From Planctomycetota bacterium (lineage in GTDB: Bacteria > Planctomycetota > B15-G4 > JADJEK01): a stretch of DNA of 64,000 nt. The stretch is from contig JBGAIQ010000020.1 of NCBI GenBank assembly GCA_044225365.1, forward strand, positions 38,741-102,740. The letters are read 5' to 3'. Position 1 is the first letter of the stretch, and each line of letters opens with the position of its first letter. The notes beneath the pieces were generated by a model, which saw only the letters and a program-made list of their open reading frames with translations, was not told the DNA's origin and did not search any database. The position numbers and the translations under genes were made by a program. Shown in pieces: positions 58,043 through 64,000 of the stretch.

Positions 58043-59467
58043 TTGCGCCGCTCGCGTCTCGCCGTATCGATCGTCCTGCTGTCGCTCTCCGTGTTCTGCG
58101 GCAAGCCCGATCCGCAGCAGCCGGACACGCGTCCCGACGTGCTGCTCTTCGTCATCGATACGCTGCGGGCCGATCACCTCTCGTGCTACGGCTACGCGCG
58201 TGGGACCTCGCCCAATCTCGACGCCTTCGCGCAGCGCGGAGTGAGATGCTCTTCGGCCTTTGCGCACTCCTCGTGGACCGCGCCGTCGATGGTCTCGATG
58301 ATGACCTCGCGGTACGTCGCTTCGGACTTCAAGAAGATGCCGCGAGAGGGTGAGCCGCTCGCCTTCGCCGAGCGATTGAAGGTCGCGGGATATGCGACGA
58401 TCGGCTTCCAGTTCAATACGTTGCTCGGGACGGGGTCGGGCTTCGAGCGCGGCTTCGACGAGTATCTCGTGGAACCTTCGCTCAAGGAACTGCTCGACCG
58501 CGTGAACGCGAAGTCGACTCGGCCGCGACTCCTGTACTTCCACTTCGTCGATCCGCACGACCCCTACGATCCCGCGCCCGAATCGCGGATCTTCGAATCG
58601 AAGGGTCTGCCCCCGGCGCGCGTCGCGGAGCTGCGCGAGTATCTGAAGGAGGTCGACCCGACGCGGTCGGATCAGGAGATCGCTCGCGAGGCGAAGAAAG
58701 CGGCGCAATCGATCGGCGAACAGATCGCGCTCTACGATGGCGACATCCGCGCCGTCGATTCGAAGTTCGGTGACGTGCTCCGGCTGCTCGAGAAGCGAGG
58801 AACACTCAACAACACGGTCATCGCCGTCGCGGCGGATCACGGCGAGTGTCTCTACGACCACAAGGAAGCCGCGTCGGTCGTCCCGGCTGCCGCGCGGGGG
58901 AACGTCGAGAAGGCGTTCAAGATGACTCACAACACGCTCCTCTACGAGGAGCTGTTGCATGTGCCCCTCCTCTTCGGAGGGCCGAATATTCCGCAAGGCA
59001 AGGTGCTCGACGCGATGGTCGGCAACGTCGACATCGGTCCCACGCTCCTCGACCTCCTCGGCGTCGGCGCACCGAAGGAAGTGGACGGCGTGAGTCTCGT
59101 CCCGCTCTTCGCCGACCTCGCCGCGGGGAAGGCGCCGAAGGGCCGTGACGCCGTCTTCGCCAATACCTCGATCTTCTCGTCCGTTCGAACGGCGCAAGGG
59201 GAGAAGCTGATCGTGCCCTGGCGGGTCGATGGCCCCGACGCCGTACAGCGGTTCGACTTGCTGAAGGATCCCAGCGAGAAGCATCCGCTGCCCCAGAACG
59301 AGGCGTCCCTCCAACTCGGCAAGATGCTCGAACGATTTCGGCGCGGCGGGCTCCTCGCCAACAACGGCGAATCCCTGATCGACGACGAAACCGCCGAACG
59401 CATGCGCCAGAACGGTTACCTCACCGGGCCGGGGGCGACCGTGCCGCCACCGCGCGAGGGCCATTGA
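58043..59467 (+). CDS. Exported sulfatase-like hydrolase/transferase (alkaline phosphatase superfamily)
   Basis: IDTLRADH, SWTAPS, DPHDPY, ADHGE, LYEELLHVPL; possible lipoprotein Cys. Confidence 0.85.
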   Translation: MRRSRLAVSIVLLSLSVFCGKPDPQQPDTRPDVLLFVIDTLRADHLSCYGYARGTSPNLDAFAQRGVRCSSAFAHSSWTAPSMVSMMTSRYVASDFKKMPREGEPLAFAERLKVAGYATIGFQFNTLLGTGSGFERGFDEYLVEPSLKELLDRVNAKSTRPRLLYFHFVDPHDPYDPAPESRIFESKGLPPARVAELREYLKEVDPTRSDQEIAREAKKAAQSIGEQIALYDGDIRAVDSKFGDVLRLLEKRGTLNNTVIAVAADHGECLYDHKEAASVVPAAARGNVEKAFKMTHNTLLYEELLHVPLLFGGPNIPQGKVLDAMVGNVDIGPTLLDLLGVGAPKEVDGVSLVPLFADLAAGKAPKGRDAVFANTSIFSSVRTAQGEKLIVPWRVDGPDAVQRFDLLKDPSEKHPLPQNEASLQLGKMLERFRRGGLLANNGESLIDDETAERMRQNGYLTGPGATVPPPREGH

Positions 59468-59536
59468 GGTCGAGCGCGGCGTTCGCTGGAGCCGCCATGA
59501 ATTCGCCGGATGCGGCCGAATCGCACACGCGAAACC

Positions 59537-59564
59537 TTGAGATGCCGCGGCGCGCCCCTATGAT
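59537..59564 (+). promoter_or_regulatory. Sigma70-type promoter of tRNA-Phe
   Basis: TTGAGA-16 nt-TATGAT ending 15 nt upstream of the tRNA. Confidence 0.6.
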
Positions 59565-59579
59565 TTCGCGCTTCCTCCT

Positions 59580-59655
59580 GGCCGGGTAGCTCAGGTGGTA
59601 GAGCACACGACTGAAAATCGTGGTGTCGTCAGTTCAACTCTGACCCTGGCCACCA
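59580..59655 (+). tRNA. tRNA-Phe (GAA)
   Basis: Acceptor stem GGCCGGG/CCTGGCC, D-arm AGCTCAGGTGGTAGAGC, anticodon arm CACGA-CTGAAAA-TCGTG, TTCAA loop, encoded CCA; 76 nt. Confidence 0.97.
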
Positions 59656-59660
59656 GACAT

Positions 59661-59697
59661 GAAGACCCCGTATCGCTCGCGGTACGGGGTCTTTTTT
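59661..59697 (+). terminator. Rho-independent terminator after the tRNA (convergent with ribF)
   Basis: AAGACCCCGTATCG...CGGTACGGGGTCTT followed by a T-run. Confidence 0.85.
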
Positions 59698-59710
59698 CGT
59701 ATCGACATGC

Positions 59711-60634
59711 TCAGAGGGCGGCGCGCGCCGCGGCGACGTCGAGAGCGATCTGCGCCACGAGTTCGTCGCGGGAGGCGAAGCGGCGCTCGGCGCGCAGTCG
59801 CTTCACGAGGATCAGTTCGAGATCCTGGCCGTAGAGGTCGCCCTCGAAATCGAAGATGTTCGCTTCCACCGTGAGGTCTCCGTCGGGGCCGAAGGTGGGG
59901 CGGATGCCGATGTTGAGGACGCCCCCGAACAGCTTCTCGCCATGCCGCACACGAATCGCATAGACGCCGAGGGGCGGGCGGATCTCGTGGTGGAGGTCGA
60001 GGTTCGCCGTGGGGAATCCGAGCTTCCGCCCGCGCCCGTCGCCCCGCACGACGGTTCCGAAGAGCGAGATGTCGCGCCCGAGCATCTTCTTCGCGCGCGC
60101 GAGATCCCCATCGGCGATCGCGGCGCGAATTCGCGTCGAGGACACGCGTTCGCCGTCGATCTCGAGCGGCGGGACGATCTCCAGGTCGATCCCGTGCGCA
60201 GCGCAGAATCGTTCGAAGAACGCACGGTCTCCGCCGCGATCGCGGCCGATGCGCGCATCGGGACCGAGCACCAGACCCGTGAGGGCCAGCGCGCGAACGA
60301 ACACCTGATCGGCGAATTCCTCCGCCGTACGTTCACGGACCTTTGCGTCGAACGGCAGCACGATCGTTGCGTCGATGCCGAGCTGTTCGAAGAGGCGGAG
60401 TCGATGCGGCAGGGACGTGATGAGACGCGGCGGAAGGCCGCGAAGGACGACGACGGGGTGCACCGCGAAGGTCAGGACGAGCGAAGGTGCGCCCCGCGCT
60501 CTGCCGCTCGCGATCACTCGCTCGAGGAGATGGCGATGGCCGAGGTGGACTCCGTCGAACACCCCGAGGGTTGCGACCGCACCTCGAGGGACCCCGACGA
60601 TGTCCTCGAGGGAATTCGCTTCATGGAGGATCAT
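59711..60634 (-). CDS. ribF: Bifunctional riboflavin kinase/FAD synthetase
   Basis: GVFDGVHLGH, VSSTRIR, GFPTANL, NIGIRPTF. Confidence 0.96.
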   Translation of the reverse strand: MILHEANSLEDIVGVPRGAVATLGVFDGVHLGHRHLLERVIASGRARGAPSLVLTFAVHPVVVLRGLPPRLITSLPHRLRLFEQLGIDATIVLPFDAKVRERTAEEFADQVFVRALALTGLVLGPDARIGRDRGGDRAFFERFCAAHGIDLEIVPPLEIDGERVSSTRIRAAIADGDLARAKKMLGRDISLFGTVVRGDGRGRKLGFPTANLDLHHEIRPPLGVYAIRVRHGEKLFGGVLNIGIRPTFGPDGDLTVEANIFDFEGDLYGQDLELILVKRLRAERRFASRDELVAQIALDVAAARAAL

Positions 60635-60682
60635 GCGTGCGAATCGCGATGCGCTGGGGTGCGAGGGACGATCGAAGGATCC

Positions 60683-61180
60683 TCAGCGGCGGCCTGCAAG
60701 CGACTCGAGATCGGCTTTCCACTTCACGCGGTCGGCGGGCGACATCCGGTGGAGGAGCAGGATGTTGTCGAGATGATCCATCTCGTGCTGGACGATCCGA
60801 GCGACGAAATCGTCGCGCTTCTCGACCCGGGTCGCGCCCTCGAGATCGCGGTATTCGATCTCGACCGCCTTCGCGCGCTCGACCTGGACGAAGATCCCGG
60901 GGAACGAGAGACAGCCCTCTTCACCGACGACCTTACCGAAGCGGCGGACGATGCGCGGATTGACGAGGACCTCGTCCTTTCCCGCATCGTCACCCGGATT
61001 GAGGACGAGGAGCCGCGCGCTCCAACCGACTTGCGGCGCCGCGAGACCGACGCCGTGCGATTCGTGCATGATCTTCAGCATCTCCTTCGCGCGGGTCCGG
61101 ATCTCGTCGTCGACGACGTCGATCGGGCTGGTCTTGCGAAGCAGTGCAGGGTGCGGATAGGTGACGAGCTTCAGATCCAT
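60683..61180 (-). CDS. def: Peptide deformylase
   Basis: GVGLAAPQ, EGCLS, QHEMDH; start reset to ATG 61180. Confidence 0.96.
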   Translation of the reverse strand: MDLKLVTYPHPALLRKTSPIDVVDDEIRTRAKEMLKIMHESHGVGLAAPQVGWSARLLVLNPGDDAGKDEVLVNPRIVRRFGKVVGEEGCLSFPGIFVQVERAKAVEIEYRDLEGATRVEKRDDFVARIVQHEMDHLDNILLLHRMSPADRVKWKADLESLAGRR

Positions 61181-61228
61181 GGCCGCACAGATAACGCGAA
61201 AGGCGCGCTTCGGCAAGGCAAATCGGCG

Positions 61229-61257
61229 TTGACCGCTGCGGAGCCTTGCTTTAACCT
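61229..61257 (+). promoter_or_regulatory. Candidate sigma70 promoter for the TPR-rpsT unit
   Basis: TTGACC-17 nt-TAACCT. Confidence 0.5.
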
Positions 61258-61370
61258 GACACGCTTTCTCCGACACCGCCGGATACCGTGTGCGAAACAC
61301 GGCAGACCGTGCTGCGGTTCGGAACCAGTTCACCTGCAGCTCCTTCGAAACAGCGGAACCCGATACCGGA

Positions 61371-62966
61371 ATGGACGTCGCGAAGCACCTCGAGAAGGCC
61401 GAAGAAGCGGTCAAGAAGAAGAACTTCGACTACGCCATCGAGCTGTTCCACCAGGTCTTGCAGTTGAAGCCCGACCACGGCGAAGCGCGTCGCGCACTCC
61501 GCCAGGCGCTCGTCCGGCGGGCCGAGTACAAGAAGATCCCGAAGCCGATCGCGCAGATCCAGGGTCTGCCGGGGCGCTTCTCGATCCTGTTCGGCAGTCT
61601 CGCGAAGAACCCGAATCAGGTGATCCTGTCCGCCGAGAAGGCATTGCGAGATGCTCCCTTCGACACCGGGCTCAACCGATCGCTCGCCGAAGCACTCGAG
61701 AAGGCCGGTCATCTCAACTCCGCCGTCGTCGTGTGGGAATTCCTCGGTGAGGACGAGACCGTCGGCGACGAAGCGTTGAAGCGCGCCGGCGCGCTCTACT
61801 ACCAGATGCGTCAGCTCGAGAAGGCGCTTGGCTGCTACGAAGCCGTCCTGAAACGAACGCCGCGCGATTCCGAAGCCGAGAAGATGCGCAAGAATCTCGC
61901 GGCGGAAGGCGTGCTCACGGCGGGATCCTACGATCCCACGAAGTCGAGCCGCGAACTCGCTCGCGACAAGGACAAGATGAAGGCGCTCGAGTCCGACCAG
62001 AAGATGGTCGCCGGCGAGGACGAGCGCACGGCACAGCGTCGTCGTCTCAACGAGGCGCTCGAGAAGGATCCGACCAACAAACGCGCGCGGCTCACGCTCG
62101 TCGAGTATCTGGTGAAGGGTCGTGAGTACCGCGATGCGCTGAAAGTGCTCGACGCCGGCATCGCGCTCGATTCCGAGTCGTACGAGCTGCGCGAGCGACG
62201 CGGCGACATCAAGATCCTCGACTTCGATCGGCAGATTCGCGAGACCGACACCAAGCTCGCGGCGAGCGGTGGCAGCGACGAGGCGCTCAAGACCGATCTT
62301 CTCGACCTGCGACGCGAGAAGCTCGAGTTCGAGGTCGAAGAATTCTCGCGGCGCGTCAGTGAACATCCGACCGATCTCGACCTGCGCTTCCGCGTCGCGC
62401 GCCTGCTGCTCGAGACGGGTCGCGTCGATGCCGCGATCGAGAATTTCCAACAGAGCGTCAAGGATCCGCGGCGCCGAGTGGAGTCGCTCCTCGGGCTCGG
62501 CCAGGCGTTCGAGAAGAAGGGTCTGCTCGATCTCGCGAAGAAGCAGCTCGACCAGGCGTTCGAGGGCGTCGAGCCGACGTCCGACCGCGGCGTCGAGATC
62601 CGCTACGCACAAGCGTGCCTCGCCGAGCGCGCGGGCGATCGCGAAGGTGCTCGCTCACGATTCGAAGCGATCTACGAGCGCGACATCCACTTCAAGGACG
62701 TCGCCGCGCGCCTCGAGCGATTGCGCGGTCCGACCTCGAATGCACCGAAGCGCGAGGTCCCCGCACCCGCCGCGCCGCCCGCCGCGCCGGCCGGCGCGCC
62801 GCCCGTGGAACTCGAGTTGCCGCAAGCGTCGCCCGAGTCGCCGGTGACAAGAGCGCCGTCTCCCGCAAGTCAGCGCGATCCCGCGCCCGATCCTGGAACA
62901 GGGTCGGGGAAGGATGCGCCTCCGTCGTCCTCGACCCCCGATTCGATCTACACGTTCAAAGACTGA
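61371..62966 (+). CDS. Tetratricopeptide repeat protein with Pro-rich tail
   Basis: Multiple TPR helices (YAIELF.QVL..P, A..YY.M.QLEKAL.CY); ends ...YKD-like HFKDV followed by a Pro/Ala/Ser tail. Confidence 0.85.
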   Translation: MDVAKHLEKAEEAVKKKNFDYAIELFHQVLQLKPDHGEARRALRQALVRRAEYKKIPKPIAQIQGLPGRFSILFGSLAKNPNQVILSAEKALRDAPFDTGLNRSLAEALEKAGHLNSAVVVWEFLGEDETVGDEALKRAGALYYQMRQLEKALGCYEAVLKRTPRDSEAEKMRKNLAAEGVLTAGSYDPTKSSRELARDKDKMKALESDQKMVAGEDERTAQRRRLNEALEKDPTNKRARLTLVEYLVKGREYRDALKVLDAGIALDSESYELRERRGDIKILDFDRQIRETDTKLAASGGSDEALKTDLLDLRREKLEFEVEEFSRRVSEHPTDLDLRFRVARLLLETGRVDAAIENFQQSVKDPRRRVESLLGLGQAFEKKGLLDLAKKQLDQAFEGVEPTSDRGVEIRYAQACLAERAGDREGARSRFEAIYERDIHFKDVAARLERLRGPTSNAPKREVPAPAAPPAAPAGAPPVELELPQASPESPVTRAPSPASQRDPAPDPGTGSGKDAPPSSSTPDSIYTFKD

Positions 62967-62987
62967 AAGACCTGAACAAGGAAACCC

Positions 62988-63257
62988 ATGCCTCATTGCA
63001 AGCAAGCTGAGAAGCGGTTGCGCCAGGCCGACAAGCGCCGGCTCATGAACAAGTCGCGCATGTCCGTGATGAACACCCACATGAAGCGCGCTCTCGGTGC
63101 GCTCGGTGCGAACGACGTCGCCAAGGCGAAGGAAGCCATTCGCGAAGCGATGCACAAGATCGACAAGGCCGCGAAGCGCCACACGATCCACAAGAACACC
63201 GCCGCGCGTCGCAAGTCGCTGCTCGCGCGCCGCCTCGCTGCGCTCGAGACCAAGTAA
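62988..63257 (+). CDS. rpsT: 30S ribosomal protein S20
   Basis: QAEKRLRQ...IDKAAK..IHKNTAARRKS. Confidence 0.96.
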   Translation: MPHCKQAEKRLRQADKRRLMNKSRMSVMNTHMKRALGALGANDVAKAKEAIREAMHKIDKAAKRHTIHKNTAARRKSLLARRLAALETK

Positions 63258-63274
63258 GCGTCCCGTCGCGGAAC

Positions 63275-63865
63275 GTGGCCCCGCTCTTCTCTCGCGAGAA
63301 CCTCGCAGAAGGGCTGCGAGAGCCGACGCTCGCTCTCAAGGCCCTGTGCGCCTTGCTGCGCGGGCGTTGGTACGCGTTCCGTTACGGTAGCCGGCTGCGC
63401 GCCGGCAAGAACTTCCGTTGCTACGGGAAGCTCGCGCTGCGGGGGAGCGGCAAGGTGGTCGTGGGCGACGACGTCGTCTTCAGCGCGAACTTGCGACACG
63501 TCTATCTCGGCGTGTCGTCCTCCGCGGCGGAGATTCGGCTCGGGGACAAGGTCTGGCTGAACGGGACGTCGATCAGTTGCAGCGATCGCGTCACCATCGG
63601 GAATCGCGCGCTCGTCGGTCGGGTCGATCTCATCGACCACGAGTTCCACGATCCGCGCGATCTCACGCGCAAGCGCGCGATCCGTAGCGCGCCGATCGTG
63701 CTCGAAGACGACACTTGGGTAGGGAACGACTGTCTCATCCTGAAGGGCGTGACGATCGGGCGCTACAGCGTGATCGGCGCGCGAACGGTCGTTCGCAAGT
63801 CCCTCCCGAGTCGCGTCGTCGCGATCGGTAATCCCGCGCAGATCGTGAAGCGACTCGATCCGTAA
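63275..63865 (+). CDS. Hexapeptide-repeat acyltransferase (maltose/galactoside O-acetyltransferase-like)
   Basis: PIVLEDDTWVG..ILKGVTIG..SVIGA..GNPA. Confidence 0.85.
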   Translation: MAPLFSRENLAEGLREPTLALKALCALLRGRWYAFRYGSRLRAGKNFRCYGKLALRGSGKVVVGDDVVFSANLRHVYLGVSSSAAEIRLGDKVWLNGTSISCSDRVTIGNRALVGRVDLIDHEFHDPRDLTRKRAIRSAPIVLEDDTWVGNDCLILKGVTIGRYSVIGARTVVRKSLPSRVVAIGNPAQIVKRLDP

Positions 63866-63931
63866 CGGCTTCGTTCGCGGCAAACTCCGAATCGTGGCCC
63901 GCGAACATCGAAGCGAGCGACGCCGATGTAC

Positions 63932-64000
63932 GAGGACGAGCCGATCGTTTCACACGGAGGACCACGGAGGCCAGAGGAGGTCCACGGAGGTCGGAGAAGA
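63932..64000 (-). repeat. Further copy of the CCTCCGTG-periodic repeat (runs off the window edge)
   Basis: Reverse complement TCTTCTCCGACCTCCGTGGACCTCCTCTGGCCTCCGTGGTCCTCCGTGTGAAACGATCG matches the 51.9/52.2-kb copies. Confidence 0.88.

Noticed and set aside
59580-59710. tRNA-Phe as an island integration site
   Set aside because: Followed directly by a terminator and housekeeping ribF; no duplicated tRNA 3' end or integrase seen.
3495-63191. Many long antisense or alternate-frame ORFs (e.g. 5739-7556, 17661-19343, 28115-30694, 40443-43163 on -; 26527-28680 on +)
   Set aside because: They shadow well-supported genes, are Arg/Ala/His-rich with no motifs, and are expected from high GC3 codon bias.

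Overview
GC-rich bacterial chromosome segment, probably Planctomycetota. This is inferred from RpoA starting MRIRWR, the absence of rpmD and rpsD from the cluster, and the DWG-type Ser/Thr kinases with an ECF-kinase pair. 1-10.4 kb is the S10-spc-alpha ribosomal cluster (partial rplV to rplQ, with secY, infA, rpmJ, rpoA). 10.4-26.4 kb is accessory: REP-like hairpins, a C39-type peptidase with an 11-residue-periodic amphipathic tail, two coupled ATP-grasp ligases, a secreted putative glycosidase, a kinase-FGE fusion, DsbD and an orphan secreted protein. 26.5-50.5 kb is an acyl-CoA/B12-mutase cluster with 3 thiolases, 2 hydroxyacyl-CoA dehydrogenases, 2 acyl-CoA dehydrogenases, a crotonase, MeaB and a split mutase carrying isobutyryl-CoA-mutase signature residues. 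It is interrupted by a 10.5-kb block of ECF sigma, TPR kinase and three secreted repeat proteins. 50.5-64 kb holds a LeuC-like pseudoenzyme, a dispersed 10-bp-periodic repeat element, a kinase with a heme-c sensor domain, a LeuB-family dehydrogenase, a GAFTGA-less NtrC-like regulator, TagF-like and sulfatase-like genes, tRNA-Phe, ribF, def, a TPR protein, rpsT and an acyltransferase. All family calls come from motif recognition by eye; no searches were run.
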